A stretch of DNA of 64,000 nucleotides, taken from positions 192,001-256,000 of the forward strand of contig JBILLK010000003.1 of the NCBI GenBank assembly GCA_044376115.1, read 5' to 3'. This document shows positions 19,570 through 28,731 of this stretch, one piece after another. The DNA is from Polyangiaceae bacterium. GTDB taxonomy: Bacteria; Myxococcota_A; Polyangia; Polyangiales; Polyangiaceae. Position numbers and translations under genes: made by a program. The first letter of the stretch is position 1; every line of letters begins with the position of its first letter. The notes beneath the pieces were generated by a model that saw only the letters and a list, made by a program, of their open reading frames with translations, made no database searches and had not been told where the DNA came from.

Positions 19570-21300
19570 GTGAGCCCGTCCATCTCGCATGTCGAGCAAG
19601 CGCTACTGCGCTTGCTCGACGCTTGGGCGCGCAGCCGCAATCGGGTGCTCGCCGAGGCGATTGATCGCCTTACCACTCATGCCTTGGACTTCAGGCGTAG
19701 CCAAGGAATCTTCCACCCTCCGATGCTGGGGGAGCGTCCGAAGCCTAGCGACGACGATGAGTGGGCAAACTGGTTAGCGCGCATGTCGCCGATCGATCTG
19801 CCACGGCACTACGCTACATTTCATCATAATTCAGCTGGTCCAAAAGCTCGCTTGGCTGCCTTAGCGGCCTTCCGTCCAGATCCACGCGCAGCACGCATAT
19901 TGGTCGAGTGGCTCCAAATGTCTTGGTCCGACGACTTTTGGCACCGCATGGATTGCAATCGTGAAATGATCGCTGCGCTCGAGCAGCACCTCGACCCTCG
20001 CCTACTGCGCGGACTCGAGAGTGTTGCCCAGGTCGGCAAGGCCTGTGGTGCACGCAGGGCAGAGTTTGCCAGCTTACTTACGAGTCTCCGTGCCACCGAA
20101 CTAGAGCTGGATGCGGATGACCTTGGGTTGCTTGCGGAAGTCGATGCGCTTCCGCGTTCGGAAGGCGCAAACTATTCACGTTCTAGTCCTAACGAGCGGG
20201 CAAACGAACTCTTTCGTGCTGTCTACGCCGACCCCGAAGATAAAGCCCTGAAGCGAGAGCTTGCGAACTGTTTGCTGGCAGCCGGTGACCCACGCGGAGA
20301 ATTCATCTTGCTCCAACTCGACGCGCCTCCGACCCGCAAGGGGTCAACGCGTCGTGAACTAGCACTCATCAAGCAGTACGGCCGCCAATGGCTTGGTGGT
20401 TTAAACCGATTGGTAGACGACCATGTTGTTTACGAGGAGGGCTTCGCGACCAAGGTGAATACCGGTCATCCGGGGCCGCCGTTTGGTCGCGGAAGTGAGC
20501 GACCGCTAACTGACCCGTTTGGCGTGGCCAGCCACCCTGAATGGGCGATGGTGAGAAGTATTTCTGTTTGGGCGCATGCTGGAGCGGGTACGCGCGAACT
20601 CTTCAGAACAGCCGCACTTCCTGCGTTGCGTGAGCTGCTCAATCTGGGGTGGCCTGATTTGGAGCAACTGCTTGACGGGCCAAAGCGAGCGATCACCAGG
20701 CTGCATCTCTATTCCAGGAGAACTGGGCTTTGGGGCGAGCTCTACGGTGATGAGTATCGCTCAAGGCTTTTGAAGCTCGCGGATGTTTGTCCGAAGCTGA
20801 CTGACGTTTGCTTGAGTGCCGTCAACTTGGAGGCAAGTTTTCTCGAGGGCTGGCTTAGCCAGTTTCCGTCGCTCGACAAGGTCTCCTTTGGCGGTTCACG
20901 AGCGCTCTTTTCGCAGATGGTTGGGCTCGCTAGAGCGAGGGGCCTCTCGGAGATAGGCCTATTAGGTAATGTTGATCTTACGCTTGAGTTAGCCTCTGGG
21001 CGGGCTCGGTTTAGTTTCACTGGGTGGTTGGGGGACCCGGTGGAGCGGGAGGCAGAGTCGGCCGTGGCCTATGCAGCGCAGCTGGGGGCTACAAGTTTGG
21101 TGGTGCGGGTGCCGGTCGGAGCCTCTGCCCGCGGGCAGTTCAAGCGCACCAAGCTGCCCGCTTTTGTCCTGCGAAAGAAACAGAAGATGGATCTCGACCT
21201 GATTTGGAACGCCGCTGCCAAACACGGGCTTTCCTGTGACTGGGAACCGGAGCCTGTGCCGAAGTGGCTCAACCCAGCTTCCATGAGGTCGGATAAATAG
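19570..21300 (+). CDS. TIGR02996-like domain protein with C-terminal LRR-like region
   Basis: LFRAVYADPED...LLAAGDPRGEFILLQL...WLG; LRR-like segments LPALRELL, ITRLHL, LTDVCLS. Confidence 0.65.
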   Translation: MSPSISHVEQALLRLLDAWARSRNRVLAEAIDRLTTHALDFRRSQGIFHPPMLGERPKPSDDDEWANWLARMSPIDLPRHYATFHHNSAGPKARLAALAAFRPDPRAARILVEWLQMSWSDDFWHRMDCNREMIAALEQHLDPRLLRGLESVAQVGKACGARRAEFASLLTSLRATELELDADDLGLLAEVDALPRSEGANYSRSSPNERANELFRAVYADPEDKALKRELANCLLAAGDPRGEFILLQLDAPPTRKGSTRRELALIKQYGRQWLGGLNRLVDDHVVYEEGFATKVNTGHPGPPFGRGSERPLTDPFGVASHPEWAMVRSISVWAHAGAGTRELFRTAALPALRELLNLGWPDLEQLLDGPKRAITRLHLYSRRTGLWGELYGDEYRSRLLKLADVCPKLTDVCLSAVNLEASFLEGWLSQFPSLDKVSFGGSRALFSQMVGLARARGLSEIGLLGNVDLTLELASGRARFSFTGWLGDPVEREAESAVAYAAQLGATSLVVRVPVGASARGQFKRTKLPAFVLRKKQKMDLDLIWNAAAKHGLSCDWEPEPVPKWLNPASMRSDK

Positions 21301-21303
21301 CTG

Positions 21304-22953
21304 CTAGGGCTTAGGGCTTATTGTCGTGGGAATGGGCGGTGGAGACGACGTACTCAGGGTGGCGTCGCAGCCCTTGAGCTTGTTGTGCTTGCAGATGTTC
21401 TCGAGAATTCTGTTGGCGTCGACGCCGTTGAACTTGGTCTTGTTGTTGACGAGCCAGGTGGGGCTGGCTTTGAAGCCGGTCTGCTTCGAGTGGGCGAAGG
21501 AATCGGCGAGCCAGCGTTTGGCTTGATCCCCTTCAGCGCATTTCTGGAGTTTGGCTTGGTCGAAGCCGGTGGTTCCGCCGGTGCACGTCTGCCATTCATC
21601 GCTATTGCGGTTTTTGGCGCGGCAGACGAAGTAGTCGAGATACTTGTGATTCTGCGGATAGAGCTTGAGCGCGCAAATGTGCCTCAGGTCCTCATCTACT
21701 TCGGATTGACCGTGCATTGAGGAGAGGCCCGTCTTTTCGTCCCCGCCGCCAATGAAGTGGACGTTGAGGTCGAGCGTTTGGCCGTTCTTCTTCAGGTGCT
21801 TCATCACTTCATCGAGGCCAATCACGCCTTTGGCGCAGAACGGGCACTTCGACATCAGGAACAGATCGAGCTTCTTTGGTTTGGCCGACCGACATGTTGG
21901 TAGGAACTTGCATTCGGGAAGTCCGCAGCCGCCTTCATCGCGACAAGTCGGGTTCCACTCGCCTTCGACGAAGAAGATGCCGTTGGACTCGCGTAGCGAC
22001 CGCTCGAGCTGCTTGCGGCCGGCTTCATCTGCTTGCAGGGTCTGATCGAAGATCGCCGCCGGGAGCTTGAGCGGCTTGAGCGAGTTGAATAGCTGTTTCC
22101 CCTCGGGGCTCGAATAGTCGACCGAGCGGAAGGTCGCGGACTCCACACGGCCGCGAACCAGGCTTTCGAGCGAGCTGGGTTTACAGTCCTCACAGCGCGA
22201 ATCGGTTAATAGTGTTACGTCGACGGTCTTGGCCTGGGGCAAGGTTTCGCAAAATTCAGGGGCGGTGCCAGCGAAGGCGCCACAAATACCCCGGGCCAAG
22301 GGAGTGGGTGCGCGGTTCCCAGCGTAGACCGTGCCCGCGATGTGGAGCGTTGGTGAGCCTTTGGCTTGAGCGAGCTTGCTCCGCTCGAACGACGCTGCGA
22401 GCAGCTGCTTGCCCTGCTCGCCACGAGCGCAGTTCTCGATGGCGGCGGTGCTGATTCCAAGTCTGGCCCCGCAAGACTGCCAGTTGGTTGCGATCTCTTT
22501 GGGTTTCTCCGCTTGGCAGGTAATCAATTCACGAAAGCGCGGCTCATGCGCTTGGGCGCACACTCCGATGAGGTTGCCGAAGACCTCCGAGGGACCGTGC
22601 ATCGCGTTGAGCTTACCGGCCTCATCGACCGAGCCGATGTAGTCGACCTCGAGCCGGACCCGCGAGCCGAAGTTGGCCAATAGGGGTTTGAGTTGGTCAA
22701 CCAGTAGCGTGGATGCAAAGGGGCACTGCGACATCATGAACAGCCGCAGTTCGACGGTCTCCTCGTCGTTCGTTCTGAGCGCTGCGGCGGCCTCGGCCGG
22801 AGGAAGCGATTGTGGCCCACCGAGGTTCGGAATCACCACCTCATTGGAGTTCGATTCAGGGGCGGGGCTTGGTGGACGCGCAGGGTCTGCGGCGCACGAC
22901 GTCAGGACAGGTAGCAGGCTGAGCAGGATGGACGCCACGTTGCGACGTTGCAT
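21304..22953 (-). CDS. Lipoprotein with tandem GILT/DsbA-like thioredoxin-fold domains
   Basis: LTSC lipobox; MSQCPFA...MHGPSEV...GSPTL and MSKCPFC...MHGQSEV...ASPTW; central CEDC. Confidence 0.7.
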   Translation of the reverse strand: MQRRNVASILLSLLPVLTSCAADPARPPSPAPESNSNEVVIPNLGGPQSLPPAEAAAALRTNDEETVELRLFMMSQCPFASTLLVDQLKPLLANFGSRVRLEVDYIGSVDEAGKLNAMHGPSEVFGNLIGVCAQAHEPRFRELITCQAEKPKEIATNWQSCGARLGISTAAIENCARGEQGKQLLAASFERSKLAQAKGSPTLHIAGTVYAGNRAPTPLARGICGAFAGTAPEFCETLPQAKTVDVTLLTDSRCEDCKPSSLESLVRGRVESATFRSVDYSSPEGKQLFNSLKPLKLPAAIFDQTLQADEAGRKQLERSLRESNGIFFVEGEWNPTCRDEGGCGLPECKFLPTCRSAKPKKLDLFLMSKCPFCAKGVIGLDEVMKHLKKNGQTLDLNVHFIGGGDEKTGLSSMHGQSEVDEDLRHICALKLYPQNHKYLDYFVCRAKNRNSDEWQTCTGGTTGFDQAKLQKCAEGDQAKRWLADSFAHSKQTGFKASPTWLVNNKTKFNGVDANRILENICKHNKLKGCDATLSTSSPPPIPTTISPKP

Positions 22954-23094
22954 GAGTGGAAGGTAGTCCAAGCGCTGATGACAAGTCACGGCATTGGCGC
23001 GGCTGCGACTCCACGCTAAGGTTCCCCGGCGCTCGACCCCGGGCGCATCCTTTGCCTACTGGCTTGTCCCACGTCCTCACTTTGCGGAGCACCT

Positions 23095-24438
23095 ATGCGA
23101 AATCTATTTGTTACAGCGAGCGTCGTTAGTCTTTTGGCCCTGCTTGCGTGTGGGGATGACTCCAGTACGGGCGCGGGTGGTACAGGCGGTTCGGGCGGCT
23201 CCCCGACGACGGGCGGCTCGCCCTCGACGGGCGGTGGCGGTAATGAAACGGGAGGGGCTTCAAGCGGCGGCGGTGGGATGGGCGGCATCGGGCCGACGGG
23301 CGGTTCGGGCGGCGCCGGAGCGGGCACTGGCTTTACCTGTGATGACGCCGTGGGCGCACCCCCGTCATTGACCTTTACCGAGGTGGTGACTGGCGTTGAC
23401 CGACCTGTCTCCGTGCGGACTCCGCCGGGCCGTCCCGATTCGCTGTTTATCGTTGAATCCCACGATGGCCTGATTCGCATCTTTGAGAATGGCGCGCTCT
23501 TGGCCACGCCTTTCCTCGACGTAGGTGACCTGATCCGCAAGAACAATGAAGAAGGCTTGCTCGGGTTGGCGTTCCACCCCGACTACGAGACCAATGGGCG
23601 CTTCTTCATTCACTACAGCGCTGCCGGTAATGGCCTTTCAACGATTGTGGAGTACAAGCGCTCCGAGTCCGATCCCAATGTTGCTGATCCGGCGCCGGTT
23701 CAAACGGTACTCACCCACCCGACTGCACAATCCAATCACAACGGCGGAGCCGTCGAGTTTGGCAATGACGGCTTCCTCTACATCTCCATCGGGGATGGCG
23801 GAAGTCAGGGGGACCCGGAGTGTGATGCACAGAACAGTGCGAACTTGCTCGGCAAGATCATGCGGGTCGATGTGGATGCGGCGCCCAACGGCGAGGGCTA
23901 CCCTGCTGCGGCCGGCAACCCTGAGGGCAGCAAGATCTACCACCGCGGCTTCCGCAATCCCTGGCGCATGGCGTTCGATCCGTGCAACGCGGATCTCTAC
24001 ATCGGTGACGTTGGTCAAGGGGAGTGGGAGGAAATCAGCTTGGCAACGCAAGCTGCAGGCGCGCTCAACTTCGGCTGGCCGATGCGTGAAGGCGCCAATG
24101 ACTACAACGACTCATGCGTCAATCCGCCGTCCAATCTCGTCGACCCCATAGCCCAGTACGATCACAATGGGCGTTGCTCGGTGACCGGTGGTCACGTCTA
24201 CCGTGGTTCTGCGATCCCTGGATTGCAAGGTACCTACTTCTACGGAGACTACTGCAGTGGCGAGGTGTTCTCTCTCAAGGTCGTCAACGGCAGCGTCGTA
24301 ACGCAGCCAACGGTGGCTTTCACAATCAGTGAGGTTGCCGGCTTTGGTACCGACGGGCACGGCGAGGTTTACGTTACTGAGTTGGGTAATAACAATTATC
24401 AATCGGGTGCGGTCTACCGCATTGATGCAGCTCAATAA
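23095..24438 (+). CDS. PQQ-dependent sugar dehydrogenase family lipoprotein, paralog 2
   Basis: LLACGDD lipobox; EEGLLGLAFHPDY, NHNGG, GDGG, GFRNPWR, GDVGQ, NFGWP. Confidence 0.88.
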   Translation: MRNLFVTASVVSLLALLACGDDSSTGAGGTGGSGGSPTTGGSPSTGGGGNETGGASSGGGGMGGIGPTGGSGGAGAGTGFTCDDAVGAPPSLTFTEVVTGVDRPVSVRTPPGRPDSLFIVESHDGLIRIFENGALLATPFLDVGDLIRKNNEEGLLGLAFHPDYETNGRFFIHYSAAGNGLSTIVEYKRSESDPNVADPAPVQTVLTHPTAQSNHNGGAVEFGNDGFLYISIGDGGSQGDPECDAQNSANLLGKIMRVDVDAAPNGEGYPAAAGNPEGSKIYHRGFRNPWRMAFDPCNADLYIGDVGQGEWEEISLATQAAGALNFGWPMREGANDYNDSCVNPPSNLVDPIAQYDHNGRCSVTGGHVYRGSAIPGLQGTYFYGDYCSGEVFSLKVVNGSVVTQPTVAFTISEVAGFGTDGHGEVYVTELGNNNYQSGAVYRIDAAQ

Positions 24439-24458
24439 CCACTAGTGCACAAAAGCGG

Positions 24459-24486
24459 AAAGGCGGCCTCGAGGGGCCGCCTTTTT
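24459..24486. terminator. Intrinsic, likely bidirectional, terminator
   Basis: AAAGGCGGCCTC-GA-GGGGCCGCCTTTTT, with a T run on + and an A run upstream, between convergent genes. Confidence 0.8.
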
Positions 24487-24508
24487 TGCATTGGGCTGGT
24501 TGTACCGC

Positions 24509-25075
24509 TCAGGTCATGAAGTCAGAGCGGTGCAGCAGCGATACGAGTTTGAGCCCAGCGTCTCGCAAAGCGTCTGCTCCGCCTTCTTCTCGGTCTACCA
24601 GGGCAATCACCCCAAGCACCTTGGCCCCGACGAGCTTCAGCTTTTCAACGGCCTTGAGCGTCGAGCCGCCGGTAGTGATCACGTCCTCGAGTACGACGAC
24701 CTGAAGGCCCTCACGCAGCGACTTGTCGCCCTCGACCAGCTTCTTCGAGCCGTGGTCTTTGGCCTCTTTGCGGATGTACAAGGCCGGCAGTGGGTTGCCG
24801 CGCTCGAAGCTTTTCATCGACACTGCGCTGGCGAGTGGGCACCCGCCGAGTTCAACGCCGGCCACTGCTTCACAGCCGGTAAAGGCCTGCTCGATCGTGT
24901 CGAACATGAGCGAACCGACGAGGCTGTGGCCTTCGGCGGTGAGCACCGCCTGCTTGCAGTCGATGAAGAAGTCACTCTCACGACCGGAGGCGAGGACCAC
25001 CCGGCGCCGCTCGAACGAGCGATCACGCAGGAGTTCGAACAGCCACTTTCGCTCGGTCTCGTTGAAGCGGACCAC
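24509..25075 (-). CDS. pyrE: Orotate phosphoribosyltransferase
   Basis: LASGRESDFFIDCK, RKEAKDHG, VVLEDVITTGGS PRPP motif. Confidence 0.93.
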   Translation of the reverse strand: MVRFNETERKWLFELLRDRSFERRRVVLASGRESDFFIDCKQAVLTAEGHSLVGSLMFDTIEQAFTGCEAVAGVELGGCPLASAVSMKSFERGNPLPALYIRKEAKDHGSKKLVEGDKSLREGLQVVVLEDVITTGGSTLKAVEKLKLVGAKVLGVIALVDREEGGADALRDAGLKLVSLLHRSDFMT

Positions 25076-25079
25076 AGCC

Positions 25080-25697
25080 TTAGCGACCGCCAGCCTTACG
25101 CTTCATCTGGCCCTTCTGGCCTTTGCGGATCGCGGGCATCACTGGAGCGGGTGCTTCCTGGCGTTTCACCGGAGCAGCGATCTCAACGGCCTTCTCTTCA
25201 ACGGCCTGGCTGACGCGTGTCGACGCGGCGCGCTGGGTGGCCGGCGGCGGTTTGGCAGGAGCGGGCCGCGCGGGAGCAGCTGCGGGGCGTGCCGCTGAGC
25301 GTGCCGGCGGCGCTGCTTTAAGCTGCGCGCGGTTCTTTGTGGGCGCATCACTCTCGGAGGCGTCCCCTGTTGCGACGAAGCCGCGCACCATTCCGCCCGG
25401 GCGAATGCCAATCGACGGAGCGGTAAGGTCGCCTACGACGCGCGCGCCCTCTTCCAGGAGGATGGCTGTCTCGGCTTCGATCGAGCCGGCGATGGCGCCA
25501 CGTACGGTGACGCGTGCGCCCTTCAGGCTGCCCGACTCCATACGAATGCGGCCCGTGTCTGCAACCGTGATGTCGCCGGAGACGTCCAAAACGCCTTCAA
25601 CCGTGCCCTCGATATCGAGGTCCCCGGTGCCGCGCACAGTGCCGCGAATGACGGTCCCGCGCCCAATCTGAGTCTCGCTCGATGATCGTCCGCTCAC
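25080..25697 (-). CDS. Bactofilin with long Pro/Ala/basic C-terminal tail (BacP-like)
   Basis: TQIGRGTVIRG, DIEGTVEG, VVGDLTAPSIGI; disordered tail ending KGQMKRK. Confidence 0.8.
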   Translation of the reverse strand: MSGRSSSETQIGRGTVIRGTVRGTGDLDIEGTVEGVLDVSGDITVADTGRIRMESGSLKGARVTVRGAIAGSIEAETAILLEEGARVVGDLTAPSIGIRPGGMVRGFVATGDASESDAPTKNRAQLKAAPPARSAARPAAAPARPAPAKPPPATQRAASTRVSQAVEEKAVEIAAPVKRQEAPAPVMPAIRKGQKGQMKRKAGGR

Positions 25698-25699
25698 GG

Positions 25700-26011
25700 T
25701 CAGCCATCCATGTCGACGTTGCCCTTGAACACGGCACCGTCTGCAATGGTCAAACGAGCGGCCTTCACGTCACCGACGAGCCGCCCACCGTGCAACAAGT
25801 CCACGCGCTCGGAGGCGGTGACGTTGCCCGTGACAAGGCCCCCGACGGAGAGCGTGGAAGCGCCGATATCCGCTTCAACCACAGCGCCGGGCTCGATGGT
25901 GACAGGGCCGTCCACGGTCAACTTGCCGCGAACCGTGCCTGCGACGACCACAGCCTCGTCGGAGGAGATGTCGCCCTCAATGACAATTCCTTGTCCAATA
26001 ACCGTTGCCAC
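25700..26011 (-). CDS. Bactofilin (BacO-like)
   Basis: TVIGQGIVIEGDI, GDVKAARLTIADGAVFKGNVDM; GAGGAGG RBS. Confidence 0.88.
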   Translation of the reverse strand: MATVIGQGIVIEGDISSDEAVVVAGTVRGKLTVDGPVTIEPGAVVEADIGASTLSVGGLVTGNVTASERVDLLHGGRLVGDVKAARLTIADGAVFKGNVDMDG

Positions 26012-26068
26012 TTAGGACCTCCTCGATCGTCTTTCGTTCAAGTTAACCGGAGCTTCAATGCGCTGGGT

Positions 26069-26497
26069 TTAGCGACGGCGTGCAGCAGGCTTGGCCTCTT
26101 TGGGCGAGCCGCTGAGACCGTCCGGAAGCTCGAAGGCAGCGTCAATTCTTCCGCGGTAGGAAGCGCCTTCCTCAAGCGAGAATTCAGTGGTGCTGATGTC
26201 TCCAACGACGCGCGCACCCGCTCGAATATGGACAGGGCCGCTCGACTCGACCGAGCCTTGGAGCACGCCCTCTACCGTGACATGGCCGGCCGACAAGTTG
26301 CCGACGAGCGTGCCTGTGCCGCCCACGTCAAACTGGCCGGTCACGTTCACGTCCCCTTCAACCTCACCTTCGAGACGAATGCTGCCTTCTCCGGTTACCC
26401 GGCCGCGCACACGGATGCTTCTGCCGAGGACCTGAAGTTCACTCGACGGTTCAGCGTTTCTCGAATTCGACTTCGTGGCTCCGAAGCCTCGGGACAT
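26069..26497 (-). CDS. Bactofilin (BacN-like)
   Basis: ATG after GGAGGA; LGRSIRVRGRV, LEGEVEGDV, LEEGASYRGRI. Confidence 0.85.
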   Translation of the reverse strand: MSRGFGATKSNSRNAEPSSELQVLGRSIRVRGRVTGEGSIRLEGEVEGDVNVTGQFDVGGTGTLVGNLSAGHVTVEGVLQGSVESSGPVHIRAGARVVGDISTTEFSLEEGASYRGRIDAAFELPDGLSGSPKEAKPAARRR

Positions 26498-26580
26498 GCT
26501 TCCTCCAACCCTTTTGGACGGCGGACCGTACTCCAAGGTCCGAGCTAGAGCAACGGCTCAAAGACTGACCCGCGGCGACC

Positions 26581-27639
26581 TCAGGAGCGAACTGCTTGGC
26601 GTGTCTCTTGGTACAGGCGAATCAAGGCTTCTCGCGAACTCTTCTCACGGCCTGCTGCGATGTTGAGCACCGTGTCGCGGACCGCGCGATTGATCGGGGT
26701 TGCGATGCCGAGTTGATCGCTGCGCCGAACCACCTCCCCATTGAGAAACTCGACCGCCGGAACGCGGCCCCGCTCGATCGCCGAGAGCATCGAGGAACGC
26801 AGCCGGCGATAGCGCGCTCCCACCGCGAGGAGCAGCGCGTGCTTGGCGAACAGTGAGGCGCTACCGACGCTGCGACTCTCTTCTTCAGGAGTGAGTGCGA
26901 TCCACTCGAGATCCAAGGTGCCAGAGACTTTCTCGAGCTTGATCTTGAGGGCCTCTGCGACACGCACGGTCTCGGTCATGATCTCGAGCGCGAGCCGCCG
27001 CACGTGGCGTTTTCTCATCAGCACGCCCAAGCGGTCCCCGCCGATGGTCCCAAGCGATGAGATGGCGTTGTTGATGGCCAGCTTGGACCAGCGTGCGCCT
27101 GCGAGGTTCTTGCTAAGCACCGTCTCCCCGATGCACTCGAGAGCGCGCGCGAGTTGCTGCAGCGTGGGCGTCTCCACGCCGTCGAGACGGCCGAGCTGGA
27201 AGCCGCCGCTGCTGGTTTTGTCGTAAACGCCAGGCGAAAGCATGCTGGCCCCCCACGCGACCACGGCGCCAATCACGCGCTCGGGGCCGACGATGGGCGC
27301 TACGCGCTCTTCACAAAGGCCGTTCTGAAAGCAGACCAGGCTGCCGTGGGGCGCGAGCCGCTCGGCGCACTCGCGCGCCGCCGCTTCCACTTGGGGTGGT
27401 TGCGTCGCGAGCAGGATGAAATCGAATTGGCCGTCGACCTCGTGGAGGGCGGAGACGGCCTTGCCGCGGACGACGCTGGAGGCTCCGTTCTCGCGGACCT
27501 GAAAACCGTGCTCACGAATCGCGCTGGCAATCGCTTCATTCTTCGTGAGCGCGGTGACGTCATGACCGTGCCCGCTGAGCTGAGCTGCAACGATGCCACC
27601 AATTCCACCGGCGCCGACGACGAGGAACCGCGGTTGCAA
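26581..27639 (-). CDS. panE: 2-dehydropantoate 2-reductase family protein
   Basis: VGAGGIG, FQNGL, WSKLAIN, SSML, EFLNG. Confidence 0.82.
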   Translation of the reverse strand: MQPRFLVVGAGGIGGIVAAQLSGHGHDVTALTKNEAIASAIREHGFQVRENGASSVVRGKAVSALHEVDGQFDFILLATQPPQVEAAARECAERLAPHGSLVCFQNGLCEERVAPIVGPERVIGAVVAWGASMLSPGVYDKTSSGGFQLGRLDGVETPTLQQLARALECIGETVLSKNLAGARWSKLAINNAISSLGTIGGDRLGVLMRKRHVRRLALEIMTETVRVAEALKIKLEKVSGTLDLEWIALTPEEESRSVGSASLFAKHALLLAVGARYRRLRSSMLSAIERGRVPAVEFLNGEVVRRSDQLGIATPINRAVRDTVLNIAAGREKSSREALIRLYQETRQAVRS

Positions 27640-27641
27640 GC

Positions 27642-28637
27642 TCAGGTCTCCTCGTCGGCCTTCCCAGGCTCGGCTTCGGAGAGCGGCTCTTGTTCCTCTT
27701 TGCGAAGCACCATGGATGCCACCACGCCGCCGATCAGCACGCCCACGATGACGCCGAGCGATGCGACCGACGGCATGTGGAACCAGGGAGCGATCAGCAT
27801 CTTCACGCCCACGAAGAACAGCACGATCATCAGGCTGTACTTCAGATAGGCGAACTGTCGCAGCAGGCTGGCGAGCGCGAAGTAAAGCGACCGCAGCCCA
27901 AGGATGGCGAAGATGTTCGAGGTGAAGACGAGGAATGGATCCTGCGTTACGCCGAAAACGGCGGGGATGCTGTCGACGGCGAACACGACGTCGCTGCCTT
28001 CAACCACGAGCAACACCAGGAACAAGGGCGTAGCGAGCAGCTTCCCGTCCACCCGCGTGAAGAAATTTTGCCCGTCCGGCTTAGGGCTGATCGGTAGGAT
28101 TCGGCGGGCAATCTTGACGATGAAACTATCTTCCGGATCAAAGTCGTCATCCCCCTTGGAGAGGAACATCTTGATCGCCGTGTAAACGAGCAGCGCGCCA
28201 AAGAGCTGCAGACTCCACGAGAACGTGTTGATCAGCGCCGCGCCCAGCAAGATCATGATGATGCGCAGGACGATCGCCCCGAGGATGCCCCAGAACAGCA
28301 GGCGATGCTGGATCTCCCCGGCGATCTTGAAGAACTTGAAGATCAGCGCCATCACGAAGATGTTGTCGAGGCTGAGGCTCAGCTCGACGATGTAGCCGGT
28401 GAGGAACAGCGTCGCCGCGTCTTTCCCGCTGGTGGCGGCGCCAAGCCCGACAAGCTTCTTTTCGTAGAGAAAGTAGACGCCAACGTCGAAGAGCATCGCT
28501 ACGACGAACCAGATGGCTGTCCAGCGGAGCGCACTTTTGGTCGTGGGTGTTTCGTTAGTTTTGTGAAAGACCCCCAGGTCCAACGCCAAAAAGAACGAGA
28601 TCATGAGGAGGAACCCTCCCCAGGCGGCCAACTGCAT
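27642..28637 (-). CDS. TerC/Alx family metal homeostasis membrane protein
   Basis: ELSLSLDNIFV, QHRLLFWGILGA, DVVFAVDSIPA, TSNIFAILGLRSLYF. Confidence 0.92.
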   Translation of the reverse strand: MQLAAWGGFLLMISFFLALDLGVFHKTNETPTTKSALRWTAIWFVVAMLFDVGVYFLYEKKLVGLGAATSGKDAATLFLTGYIVELSLSLDNIFVMALIFKFFKIAGEIQHRLLFWGILGAIVLRIIMILLGAALINTFSWSLQLFGALLVYTAIKMFLSKGDDDFDPEDSFIVKIARRILPISPKPDGQNFFTRVDGKLLATPLFLVLLVVEGSDVVFAVDSIPAVFGVTQDPFLVFTSNIFAILGLRSLYFALASLLRQFAYLKYSLMIVLFFVGVKMLIAPWFHMPSVASLGVIVGVLIGGVVASMVLRKEEQEPLSEAEPGKADEET

Positions 28638-28731
28638 GCGATGGAGTTACCTGCGCTAAGTCAGGATGTCGAGACCGACCGACGACGACTGGCTTTCCGC
28701 GGAGGGCGATGTGGCAGCCAGACTGACTCGA

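Noticed and set aside
28638..28731. yybP-ykoY Mn riboswitch upstream of terC/alx
   Set aside because: The conserved riboswitch motifs are not recognisable in this short spacer.
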